Positions 50,863 through 64,000 of a DNA stretch of 64,000 nt are shown here, piece by piece. Both the position numbers and the translations under genes were made by a program. Position 1 is the first letter of the stretch, and each line of letters begins with the position of its first letter. This DNA is from Octopus vulgaris (taxonomy: Eukaryota). The stretch covers positions 48,484,001 to 48,548,000 of the forward strand of contig OX597821.1 in NCBI GenBank assembly GCA_951406725.2, given 5' to 3'. Under the pieces are notes generated by a model. It had not been told where the DNA came from. It saw only the letters and a program-made list of their open reading frames with translations, and searched no databases.

Positions 50863-52106
50863 GATTCACACGGACATGAAAGGTATCGTTCAATTTGATG
50901 GCTCTTTTTCAGAGGCATTCAATGTACATAGTGGCGTAAAGCAGGGTTGTGTGCTTGCCCCCCACCCACTCTATTTGGCTTCTTCTTTGCAGTCATACTG
51001 AAACATGCATTTGGGACATCAACTGATGGTGTTTACCTCCACACCAGATCAAGCAGCAAATTGTTTAGTCTGTCGAGGCTGAAAGTAAAATCCAAAGCGT
51101 GCCAGGTACTCATCAAAGAAATGCTGTTTGCAGATGATGCAGCACTGATAGTGCACTCTGAAGAGTAAATGCAGCACCTCATGGACAAACTTTCAAAGGC
51201 CCGTCAGGAATTCAACCTGACTATCAGTCTGAAGTAGACCCGAGTAATGGGTCAAAGTGTCAAGCACCCCCCCACCATCCTCATCAACAACTACAAGCTG
51301 GAGGCATTCCTGCAATTCACCTATCTCAGCTCTACCATCTCTGGTGACCTCACCCTGGACCCTGAGATCAACAGGCAAATCGGACAAACATCCTCCACAT
51401 TTTCCAGGTTCACAAAGAGAGTCTGGAAAAGCAAACAAACTGGCTGCAAACACTAAAATTGGTGTCTGTAAGGTGTGCATCCTCAATAAGCTACTTTATG
51501 GCAGTGAGGCAGGAGTAGCATCTGAATGTCTTTCACCTTCATAATATGAGGCGCATCTTGGACATCAAGCGGACTGACCACATCACAAACACTGAAGTCC
51601 TCAACCAAGCCCCAAGATACCCAGCATATACATCTTGCTCTAGTAGAATCGTTTATGCTGGCTCAGTCATGTTCATCACAGGTCAGATGGAAGGATCCCA
51701 AAAGACCTTCTATATGGGGAAATGGTCACTGGCAGAAGAGCACAAGGACAACCTCATCTTCGTTTCAAAGACATCTGTAAGAGGAATATGAAGTTGCTTG
51801 ATTTGGATTTCCTAAGACGAGAGGAGGTTGCAAATAATCGCCTACACTGGAGGCAAATACTGCAAAAGGGAATGAAGAGGGCAGAAGAAAAACAGGAACT
51901 CACCATCAAAGAAGGCGCACTCAATGGAACGAAAAATCAGTGGCACCAGCAGAGTGCTACTGATTTTCAAATGCAGTTGCTGTATGCATGACTGCCACAC
52001 CTGTGTGAGCCTGTGCAGTCACAATAGATGCTGTACCACCATCAGCAGTTAACATGGTTTCTTTGGGGGCAGATCCATGGCTTCTCAAGACTGATGGATG
52101 CCTACT
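50863..52106 (+). mobile_element. RTE LINE family 2 (BovB-like), 5'-truncated RT and 3' end
   Basis: SGVKQGCVLAP..LFG.FF, LFSLSRLK, EMLFADDAAL, FTYLSSTIS, LLYGSE, RFKDICKRNMK. Ends ccatggcttctcaagactgatggatgcctact. Confidence 0.9.
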
Positions 52107-52132
52107 ATATGTATGTATGTATGTATATGTAC

Positions 52133-52188
<56 letters not shown>

Positions 52189-53614
52189 GTATATATACAC
52201 ACACACACATATATATATATGGGGTGGGGACGAATATATTTTCTGTGTGTGTGTGTTCATACTGATAGAGGAATATCATGGCAAATATTAGAAATATTTC
52301 ACTCAATATATTTATAGTGCATTAAGCAGTTTTTGTTTTTGCTTTTCATGCTAATTTAAACATTGTATTAAATCTGACTTTCCAGCCAACATTTCTATTA
52401 TGAATTAAACTGGATTAGGTACAGAAAAAATATGTAAACAACTGTATGAAGACATGGTGAGCAAGATCAGTTCCACCTGATTTCAGTTAATTTTGCCATC
52501 CCATCAGGAAGTAAACACCAAATTCTAACTGTCAAAGGCAACATTGTACTTATAGTCACAAGAAAGAGTTTGATGAATTGAAGAATCTTATTTGTATATA
52601 AAACACATTTGCCAGTATCTAGTATCATTTGTCGATTCATAAAGTAATAATTTGTTAAGCTACATGTCTAGTAATTTGAAACAATTGAGTTTTAATACAA
52701 TGTCTCCATCAACAGAAAAAGAGAGATTGGTAATTAGGCTTTTGATTCTTTTTTGGAACCTCTTCAGAAACTGAGTACCTGCCTCTAACAGTTAGCTCAA
52801 CATTTAGATTTAATTTTAAAAACTTAAAATGAATGTTGTTATATTAGCATACTAAGACATACCCTGTGTAATACATCATTATCTGATATATATATATTGA
52901 AGATGTCTCTAACGCCAAAAACATTTGGGTGGCTCCAAAAAACAAAAAAAAAAAAGACAGCAAGATAGAGAAAATGATATATGTACACATATGATTGTGT
53001 GTGTGTGCATGTGTGTATAAGAACTACATATTCATGTATCTATGTCTATGTGCGTGCGTTTGTGTATGTGTGTGTATGTTCAAATATATTTATGTTCATA
53101 TACATGTATACTTGTATATGTGTGTATGTGTACACATATACACATACACAGACATACACACTACTTTACATACATATTTGATATGTCCGTATGTCTGTAT
53201 GTAAGTATAAATGTATTAGAGGTGATAAATTTTATTGCAAAATCTTTGGTCAGTTTAATTGTCATCCATTATTATTATTGTTGTTGTTGTTCTTGTTGTT
53301 GCTGTTCTTTACTTTATTTCTTATTTACATCTAAGAAATCAATAACTTCTCATAACACTGGAAATTTTGTGTAGGCTGTAGTGTGGAATAGATTTGAGAA
53401 AACTGATTTCTTCTGTGTTGTTTTCTCAACAGTAATGTGTTTTGTAGTTCCCACTTCATAACAACTAGCCTGCTACCAAGAAAATGATTGCTTCACAATA
53501 TCTAAAGTTGTAATGGAATTTAACAAAAATATATATATCATTTCTGAACCGAGCAATCAGAATGCAATCAAATATTGTTTACACTGTATGAAATAATTCT
53601 TTAAAATTGTTGAT

Positions 53615-54140
<526 letters not shown>

Positions 54141-54207
54141 ATCAAATTTTCAGAATGAGATAAAAATCCAAGGCTGTGAAAGATTTTAGAACATTTATAA
54201 ATAGAAG

Positions 54208-54255
54208 GTCTTACAACTGTTTCCGTGATATTTTATATATCCCTTCATCGGAGAC
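54208..54255 (-). ncRNA. Type I hammerhead motif (CCGATGA-A variant)
   Basis: Minus strand gtct-CCGATGA-a-gg-gatat-ataaa-atatc-acg-GAAAC-agtt-GTA-agac, with stem I gtct/agac. Confidence 0.6.
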
Positions 54256-57200
54256 GGTGTGAGAAGATGGTTAAGCAATAGTTATTCTAGATAAGATATG
54301 AAATAGAGAGTGAAGTGGAGGAATGAAAATAGACGTGAGATATGCAGAAATATTGCATCTGTAGATCCACTATTTAGGTAGAATGGTATACATATAAGAT
54401 TCCAGTACCTTGTGAGTTCCAATAGTATTTAAAATTATCATTCCAAGTATAAAGTTTATACAGGGTGTTACTGAATCGATGGTTTTATTTAAAGTGACTT
54501 AAAAGCTGGGAATGTATTTGCAAGGTCAAATCGAAAACAGTAAGAGAGGAACAAAGAAAAGAAAAAAGAAAAAGGAAAAGCAGGGTGAGAGATAATAAAG
54601 AGATGAAGAGAGGGAAAGTGTACTGGTTAGTGGTGAGTCAAGATAAATTGATAGAAGGAATGAGGAGGTGAGGGTGATAGAGAGAGAAAGATATGAGAGT
54701 GTGAAAAGATGATAGGGTAAAGAGTAAATGAATGTCAAATAGAAGGAATGGGGGTTGATGGGTGATAGAGAGAGAAAGGTATGAGAGTGTAAAGAGTAAA
54801 GGAGTGTCAGGTATGTAGTGATAGAGCCTAAGTGAGGGGCAGAGAAAGTGGGGTAGGGGTAGTAAAATGGTGGAATGAAGAATTTGGGAATACAGGTTAG
54901 GTTGGTTAGAGGACAGGTCAGTGCTTAGTAGTTAAACAACCAACCCCATCTTGGAGAACATGAAACAAAAGTTTTGCAATGGAAAACATTTTTGTGGTTC
55001 CTGTTGTGATAAAGAAACTTCTTGTAAACACTCTTACGAATTTGGCAGGAGAGACATAATAAATAGAGTTACATCTAGTGCAGATAGTGAGCCTAATTCA
55101 ACCTATAAATAATATACTTTCCAGCACATGAGGGAATTGTTAAATTGATCTCTTTATGGTGTTACTTAGTATCAATGGCTACTATATTGAAATGAAAACT
55201 GACACAGAAACAGATTTTTCATTGCTCAACCACATCAGATTTGAAAATCTTGAAATGTACCATTAGAAGCTGAAACTCAAACCTGCAACAACAAAAAAAA
55301 GCAATCGATTTATAATTAAAGAGTGTGAGCATCACATCTGGTAGTTCTTGTGAGGTGTTTGTGGACGATGATGGTCAATAGTTTTTGTCCTGCTGCAATA
55401 TTCCTGGAGACGGTCTCACACTTCTAGTAAGGGACTGGCACAACTCATCTAGAGGCATATCTACCATATAAAGGTTGCAAGTACCACACCTGTTGTTGAG
55501 GATATAGCAAAATATCCCTGGTTTTTACAAAAGAATCAGGTACACGAAATCGTTTCACTGTAAAACTAAGTGCTCATCTTGAAATAAGCCCTCATTTTAT
55601 AAAGTTATTGAACTTTATACTTTTTGTCTTGTTGAAAAGTTGGCATAATTGAACCTGTGCAATATTGAGAATGAGTCACTTCTCGACCAATTTATTCATT
55701 TATACAAAATAGTGGTTCCCTAAACTGATGATTTGTACACACATTAGGGTCAGAACCAAAAATTTACCAAATTCAGTTAAGACCTATATTCTTACAGGTG
55801 TTACCTGATCTCTGCATGCTCTGAACCAGGAAGGCATGGATTATTATTTATCACTAACAAAAACATGCACGAGACCAAGTGTAGCTAAACAGCCTTTTAA
55901 TTGGTCAAAATTGGTGGAGTAAATTGTCATATGTTTTAGGTAAACATTGTTCTTCTTTCATGTACTTTAATGATGATGAGCACACACACTAACCTTTGCA
56001 GCTTGTGTTCATGAGAACTATGATAGTCAGTTGTATCGGCCATCATAGCTCCCAGCAATCCAAGACCATAGTTCTGTTAGCCATTTCCACTGATTTAATG
56101 ATACCTTTGCCTGATACAGTGACAGAGTGACAGCTGGCATCTTTCTCATAATCTTAACACCAATGTCAGACCATCACACGTAATTTTGGATGAGAGCCTT
56201 CTTCTAGATTATACCAAAAGAACACTGGTAAAACTAGTATAGAAAGACTACAGGGTAATGCTATTAGTAGCAGAGGTTGGGAAGATGACAGGAGAGGGTA
56301 AAGTGTATACATCCAATAGGTCCCATCCATGTATCTATCTATTAACCCATCTATTTATCTATCTAGCTATCTATCTAGTCATCTATCTCTCTGCCTGCCT
56401 GTCTATCTCTCCATCCATCTATCTGTATGTCCTCCCCTTCATCTGTCTGACTGTCTATTTATCTATTTATCTTAAAACTGCCAAATCTTGGCAATTTCTG
56501 TATTATCCCAAAGAGACTTTTGAAGGAAGTTTTGAAAAGAAAAGAAAAAAATATTGAGAAACTTTTAGAACTTTTGAACGTTTAAAATTTCTGAAAATTT
56601 ACTGAAATTCTAAATGAGGGTTTCCAAAGTTCTCCTCACAACTCATGTAATCTATTAAAACCTCACCCTGTCACACTACCTCAGCTCTTCATCATTTTTT
56701 CATCTTTTCAATTTTTTTTCTTTTGTCATTTTTAATATTTCATTTCTCCAATGCTAATTGCTAATTTCTCAATTGTCACTTTCTTCTATCTTTTCATTCC
56801 TCCTATCATGTTCACAAGTACCTTAACTCATACTTATACTAACTTCTCTTAGCTTAGCATCCCATTTCTTTCCGACACTACACTTTATTCTCCCCTTTCA
56901 CCTCCCTAACCTTTGCTATTAATGGTCTTACCCTGTTGTCTCTCTGTACTAGATCACAGCTATGTTGCTTGATTTTTTTTTTATTAAGGTTTTATGTAAA
57001 TAAAACATTATTAAATATTTTCTTCATCTCTTATTCTATCCTAATGCTGAATTTGGCCACATCAGTAAGATTAATTCCCATTTACCTTTGTAGCAGTACT
57101 TTACATTTGAAACCACGATAGCTTCATAATGGGCAAAAGCCATGATACATCAAATTTCTGTATTTGGTTGTGACATTTCTCACCAGGTGAACTTAGCTTA

Positions 57201-60200
57201 ATTTTTGCCCAGTTGCTGTCCTGGCACATTTTTGTGGGGGTTAAGTAATAAAAAATTTCATACAGTTTTGTACCAAATGACGGTCATAAGTTGACATGTG
57301 TGGGAAATACAACTTAGAGAGGAGATCGAGCTTATCAGTGTTCAGTAGAAGTAGTCCACATATATTGACAGCCATGCCACATGACCTCTTGTTGAAAGAT
57401 CACCTCACTAAATATGAAGACTTACTTTCTCACCTCCTCTGTACATAGATGCACTCCAGGCATTCAGGTTAACAGTTTTGGTTAGTAATTTTTGTAACAT
57501 CATTATATAAATAAATGTGATTCATTGCAAACTAAACATTGTAACTTGGTTTTATAGGGGAACAACATGCAACTTGAACAAATATCTAGCTCCCAGCTAT
57601 CATAGCCCACACCTTAAACAAGTCTATCCAAACCTTTTTTTCATTTCAATTTGTAATACTATAGTCTCTGATTCTGTGTAACAGATCGGACTGAAGGAGA
57701 AAGATACATCAATTTACAAAGATGTCTGACAATAAAACTTTAATTTAGAGATACATAAACAGAAGTATTTTAAATAACAATTTGACTATTTATATGTGTA
57801 TTCTAGTTATTTAAAACTAAGAATGAAAGTGTGTGACAGTGAATTGTTTAAATAAAGTTACAGATTATAATGCTTCATTAAAGTAAATGAAAAGTTAAGC
57901 TATTAACAAATGGGTAGCAGGAGGGTAAAATTTTAGGTGCTGTAAGAATATCATTAAATTTGTTTGCTGTGATTTAAGTGGAATAAAACAAGATAAATGA
58001 CCAAAAAACAGTATGTGTTTAACTAGAAACGAGGAAAATACATTAGATATGAAAGGAATACTATTAAATTTATTAAGTTTGTCTTGACAGAGAAATACTG
58101 AACTGGAATGACTTTATTATAGTATTCATTTAAATAGATATAGACAAGGAAGCTGAAGTAATGGAAAAAATATGAAATGGAGAAGAAACATATAGGGTTT
58201 AGAAGAATATTCTTAAAATTGTTTAGTATACTCTAATTTGAGTGAGAAAAAACAACTTAAAATGAAAAACTATAAGATGGTAATCATTAAACAAGAGAAA
58301 TATAAATTTGCAACTAACCATTGAATTAAAGACAAAGTAGAATGAATGACAATATAAGAGTATATTTTAAATTAGAAAATGATAAAAATTAAAGTAATGA
58401 ATTATACTGTTATTCATTACTTTAAAAGACAATTATACATTTATTTAATCACATGGACTGATGACAGAAAGATAATATTTATATATTAGTTCAGAGGTGT
58501 GAAAGGGAAATGGGACATAATTAAGAAGATGAATGTTTGAGTAGAGAATGCATAAAAAAATATTCTACTTATTACATCTATTTTTTAATATATTCACACA
58601 TAATTTTGTAACGGTAAATAATTATGAATTTAATCCTAGATGAACTATGGTTGAGCAGACCTACAATGAAATGTGTTCTAGTATTGATCCCCCACATCTT
58701 GTGTTCAGAAAAAAATGTACAGTAATATATCTAACAACTAAATTAGTCATGTGTTGGTCACCTTCGTAAGACAGTCTGCTCTCTCATTTGTTTCCTTCCT
58801 TATTGTTGTTTATGATGATCACTCCCAGCTCAACATTTATTAAGAAGACCTATGATTACAGGCATTCTAGCCTTGATCAACCCATTTTCTCTTCAGGAAT
58901 AATGTATTTAGGACTACATCAATCATCATGTCCATCCTTTTGAATATGAAATGATGTAGTGTAAGAAATATTTGGATGCTGTTTCCAGCAGAGCAAATGA
59001 CTTCATAGAGGTTCCCTCATACGTTCAAGAAATCACCATATTAATATAAAGATGATGATCAAAGAAACTTTGAGTGGAGGTTCTTTAGGAAAAGCATGAA
59101 CATCACAGATCCAAGTAAGAACTTTGAAATTTTTTTTCTCCTTTAAACATCAATATCAGTGAGAAAGTGTGATTCAATGATGTTATAATTTAGTGTTAAA
59201 ATATTCCTCAATGATTGAGTCTTTTGCAGCAGAATAACCAATAGCCATATTGGAAATATTCTTCATTTGCATGCAATAACCTCATATACACCATAAATCA
59301 CTCCAGTTTCGTAGTTTATGGCTCTAAAGGGATTTTTGTTAATCCTTATTTCTTTACTTTTTCAATATTTTTTATTTAGTTATCCATATCACAGTCAATT
59401 TTCTTCCAATAATTTTTGCATAATTATTTCCCTCCATTATAATTTTCCATCATTAAAAATGTTATTTTGAAAAAAATTGATATTCATTTCAAACTTTTAT
59501 ATACACAGAGTTGACAAAGAGTAAGGTCACCTGATTAGATTATTTACATAACCTAGTCTTGTTTCTCTTTAGTTTGTTTTTAAATTTTAAAACCTTCAGA
59601 TGACCTTTCACCCCATTTTTTGTCCTTCACAATTAATAGGATTACATCTGATTGATGCAGTGGGCTACTAGAGTGTGAGGTTCAATGATGTTATAATTAT
59701 AGTGTTAAAATATTCCTCAATGGTTTTGAGTCTATTTGCAGCAGAATAAAGAACAAGGTATCAATGCTGGTGATGTTATTTAATCTTAGATTAAAGGTGG
59801 TAAGCTCTCATATACAACTTGAACATAAATCACTCCAGTTTCGTAGTTTATGGCTCTAAATTTTGTTAATCCTTATTTCAACTTTACTTTTCCTCCTTTT
59901 GGAATTGATAAAATAAAATACCAATCTAGTACTTTATTTTTTCAATGTAATCACTTTGGCCCCAGTCTCTCAAAATAACTCGACCTGTGCCCAAATTAGA
60001 AAGAATTATTCAATCCTTGATCAACACAGGTTGCTTGATCCATGAACATCCAGACATATTTCAAGAATAATGACTATATTATTCAATGTGACTTCTCATA
60101 GACCTGATTGTGTTTCTCTTTAGTTTGTTTTTAAATTTTAAAACCTTCAGATGATCATTGGCACATGTACAAGTCCTTTAGTTGTCCTTCACAATTAATA

Positions 60201-60431
60201 GGATTACATCTATTACTAAAACAGTGGTAACACTATTTAATTAACATCTATACCAGTGATTTGTACTAAGTTGAAATTATTTATAATGGAAGTTTCTTCA
60301 TTATAGGCCAATTTTCACACCAAAATTCGCTCCATAGAAATAATAAAAAAACTTCAAGGTACAACAAGCTATGACTATAGTTAATGAGTTAGAGTTACAC
60401 TGCATGTGACTTGTCAATATTTCTTTCTCCA

Positions 60432-60660
60432 GGCGGCGAGCTGGCAGACACGTTAGAGCGCCGGGCGAAATGCTTAGCGGTATTTCATCTGTCGTTACAT
60501 TCTGAGTTCAAATTCCGCCGAGGTCGACTTTGCCTTTCATCCTTTTGGGGTCGTTAAATAAAGTACCAGTTTCGCACTGGGGTCGATGTAATCGACTTAA
60601 TCCCTTTGTCTGTCCTTGTTTGTCCCTGCTATGTTCAGCCCCTTGTGGGCAATGAAGAAA
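60432..60660 (+). mobile_element. SINE family B, full length
   Basis: ggcggcgagctggcagacacgttagagcgccgggcgaaatgcttagcgg...ccccttgtgggcaatgaagaaa. Confidence 0.9.
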
Positions 60661-60939
60661 TAATTATTCAATCCTTGATCAACACAGGTTGCTTGATCCA
60701 TGAACATCCAGACATATTTCAAGAATAATGACTATATTATTCAAGGTGTATTCTAGAAGGTTTGGGGCATTTTTAGGAGAGACAGTTATAACTGTCCTAG
60801 TTATAACTGATCATTACCATAGGTTGAATAAGGTGATCTACCAACATTGTTTTTATTCCAGATTGAAGGAGATGGCTGTAAGAGCACTTTGAACTTACTC
60901 TCTACTACACACTGCTTGTCAGAGTTAACTACTTTGCAG

Positions 60940-61915
60940 AATGCAGATGGAATTAAAGACAATTTGGGGGCTCACTATGCAATAAAGTTTTGTGTGAAAC
61001 AGTGTAAAAATACTACAGAAAGTTACGAAATACTGCAGACTGATTATGAATCAATTTGTATGAGCTGAGCATGTTTTTATTGGCACAAGAACGTCAAGGA
61101 TGCTAGAGAGGAAATGAGAGTTGATGAGAGATGTGGGAGGTTCGAGGGACAACTAAACATCAGAGCTAGTTGAGAAAATTCATAATTTTCTGGATGAAGA
61201 CTGTTGTGTGTCTATACAGCATACAATAAACATACAGTTTGGATTTTGTGTGACAACTGTACACAGAATTGTTTATGAAGATCTGAACACATGCAAAATT
61301 TGTGCAAAGTTTGTTCCCAGGGTACTCAGTGATGAACAGAAAGTAAGACACATTGGTGACAGCAGAGAGCCCATTTCCTCCAGTCCAAGAGGGCTTGAGC
61401 ATCTGGTAACCTGTATCAAAACATGTATATACTGTTATGATTCAGAGATCAAGTGACAGAATGCCCAATGGAAGCATCCTGGCTCCCCCAGACCCAAGAA
61501 GGCCATTCAAAGCATGTCTACTAGGAAACTCATAATGCTCTCCTTTTCCAATAGTAAGGCTATCATCTACATCCAATAGATTCCTTCTGGCTAGACAGTC
61601 AACAAGTAGCTTGATAAAGCTTTGAGGGAGTTCAGGAAGAGATTTTGTCACAGAAGAACAGAGCTCTTTTATTTGTGTTGGTGGGCTCAGTACCAGGACA
61701 ATGTACCAATCCACAACTCCATCCTAGTAACTGGCCATCAAAACTGCTCATCAACCTCTCTACAATGCAGACGTTACACCTTGTAACTTTTGGTTGTTCC
61801 CCAAGCTGAAGTAGAACCTCATGGGGCAGTCGTTTTGAAGACAATTAAAAGATGAAGGAAGCTTTAACAAGGGTGCAGGACACCTCCATTCAGGAGGACT
61901 TCCATGGGACCTCAG
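60940..61915 (+). mobile_element. Decayed mariner (Tc1/mariner) transposase
   Basis: YAIKFC, DERCGR, KICAKFVPRVLS, IYCYD...QWKHPGSPRPKK, QDN, NADVTPCNFWLFPKLK (corresponding to YSPDLAP.DF.LFPKLK). TIRs were not recognised. Confidence 0.9.
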
Positions 61916-62504
61916 CATATGGGAACTAAATTTGGGGAATTTACTGCATTATTTTTAGTTTCTGAGGTATCATGTCTTTCATTTCATGTTTTCTAAAGTC
62001 ATCTTTGTCAAATGAGGAATTTATAAAGTATTGATTACCTAAACCAATCACAGGAATCTTCTACAAGGTCACTCAATATGAAAGAATTATTTGTGTTGGT
62101 GGGCTCAGTACCAGGACAATGTACCAATCCACAACTCCATCCTAGTAACTGGCCATCAAAACTGCTCATCAACCTCTCTACAATGCAGACGTTACACCTT
62201 GTAACTTTTGGTTGTTCCCCAAGCTGAAGTAGAACCTCATGGGGCAGTCGTTTTGAAGACAATTAAAAGATGAAGGAAGCTTTAACAAGGGTGCAGGACA
62301 CCTCCATTCAGGAGGACTTCCATGGGACCTCAGCATATGGGAACTAAATTTGGGGAATTTACTGCATTATTTTTAGTTTCTGAGGTATCATGTCTTTCAT
62401 TTCATGTTTTCTAAAGTCATCTTTGTCAAATGAGGAATTTATAAAGTATTGATTACCTAAACCAATCACAGGAATCTTCTACAAGGTCACTCAATATGAA
62501 AGAA
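61669..62504. repeat. Apparently perfect 418-bp tandem duplication
   Basis: 61669-62086 repeats at 62087-62504, with no differences seen by eye. Confidence 0.92.
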
Positions 62505-63853
62505 ATAACAACCAATTTTTATTCAAATGACACTATTTTAGAAATAATAGAAAGAGGAGTAGTAAAAATCGATGGGATGGTCATCATTGGAATTCCTACT
62601 TAACCAGGGCTGATCTGGAGTTGAATATTAATAAATGATGATAAAATGGCAGAAATATTTGAGGTTGTAATAGTCATTTTGGTTCTCTATGTCCTGACAT
62701 TACTTTTCATTTTTTTGGGGGGTTGATAAAGTATTAAAGATAAGCTCTCTCTCTCTCTTTCTTTCTCTCTTTCTCTCTCCTGGGATTGTGCCTGTATTTT
62801 AAAGGTCTGTATTATTCTCATAGTTTCATCCAAAAAACTACATTAACTCTCAGTGGAACATTCAGCTGCTTACAGATTCATTTCGTATATAGGGATTCAG
62901 TTGATTAATCAATGTAACTGATCGATGCTCCAGTAAATATAAAACAAGCTAGATCCCTCACTTCTGCCATTACCCCCACTGTATTTTGTACAGAGCCAGA
63001 TGGTTTCACACACCCATCACTCCATCTTGGCAAAACTGAAATATTTGAACTCCATACTGCAAGATATGAAACATTCTCAGCTTTACAGTACTCCCACTAC
63101 TTACAATGGTGCACAATACTTATTTATGGAAATTGTTTATTCCTTTGTAAAATTGTTAAGTTTTCTGTTTTGGCCATAAACTCAACAAAGGGCTGATGGT
63201 TTTGGACTAACATCAACTGTCTACCACACCACTGTTAACTCAAGCTACTGTGGCTCCCATGAGGCAGAAAGTCAATTACATGTTAAAGTACAACTTGCTG
63301 ATGCAACAATATTTTATTACCTGTTCACATAAAACATAGTCCAATACACCCAAACCTCATCACTAAACTAATTAAATTTGATTGATATTAAACAACTTGA
63401 ATACAAATAATGATTATCAAACTGATTACTGCAATTTCCTCTCTAAAGGCTCCACATAGCTTTTAAAAATAATGACAAATTTGAGACTAATAAAAAAATA
63501 ATGCTAATAAAAAGCTTTCAGACTTTAACCATAATGAAAAACAGACAAGTGTTGTGACTAACTTATTAATTATGTTTTATGCTAATATTATTTCTGACAA
63601 ATGTTTTAATTATTTTATAATTTTTTGTTAATTTGTCTCTAATCAGTTCAATAATTCTTCATTAAATTCTGTGACTTCGCATTCATTTTTCTACATCATC
63701 CTCAGTCTTGTCTTTCATTTGTTAAAACATTGAAGTCATGACCCACTTGCAACAGTAAACATCAACAGGAGCATTGCATATACAAGTATGTGTGTGTGTA
63801 TGTGTGTCTTGATAGCTGTGTTTGTCCACCACCACTATTTGACAAATGATATA

Positions 63854-63900
<47 letters not shown>

Positions 63901-63902
<2 letters not shown>

Positions 63903-64000
63903 TTGGAAATGGATGCGTGGCATTCAGTTAGATAATAATATAAATATATATATATATATACGTTTAAATATTTGTTGTGCAAGATTTTTTATGTGAAGTC
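63901..64000 (-). mobile_element. Terminal tail of a fold-back mini-element-related copy, running off the window
   Basis: acttggaaatggatgcgtggcattc is the reverse complement of the gaacgccacgcatcc(t/a)tttccaagt tail. Adjacent to (TA)n. Confidence 0.5.

Noticed and set aside
54950-55150. Second GIY-YIG remnant (SCAGKYIIY...ICTRCNSIY) upstream of the 54208 ribozyme
   Set aside because: Suggestive, but too decayed to call without an alignment.

Overview
AT-rich, microsatellite-dense animal DNA with no supportable host protein-coding exon, so it is probably intronic or intergenic. The repeat repertoire resembles that of octopus (inferred from SINE and LINE sequence style, not from a search). The window is a mosaic of mostly decayed mobile elements: four tRNA-headed SINE families, two RTE LINE families, two R4/Dong-type LINE fragments, three Helitrons plus a fragment, a mariner, a solo LTR and an L1/Tx1 ORF1-like insert. 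The most notable feature is a dense set of Penelope-like element (PLE) remnants: a YLDD RT fragment, a Naiad-like GIY-YIG nuclease region with a long Asn-rich insert and inverted pseudo-LTRs, and small non-coding fold-back elements. About seven type-I hammerhead ribozyme motifs, from near-intact to decayed, lie in or near such remnants. The internal microsatellite of one SINE family repeatedly serves as a landing pad for nested insertions, and one insertion carries an inverted duplication of its target flank. Most ORFs in the supplied track are microsatellite artefacts. Coordinates of decayed elements are approximate.
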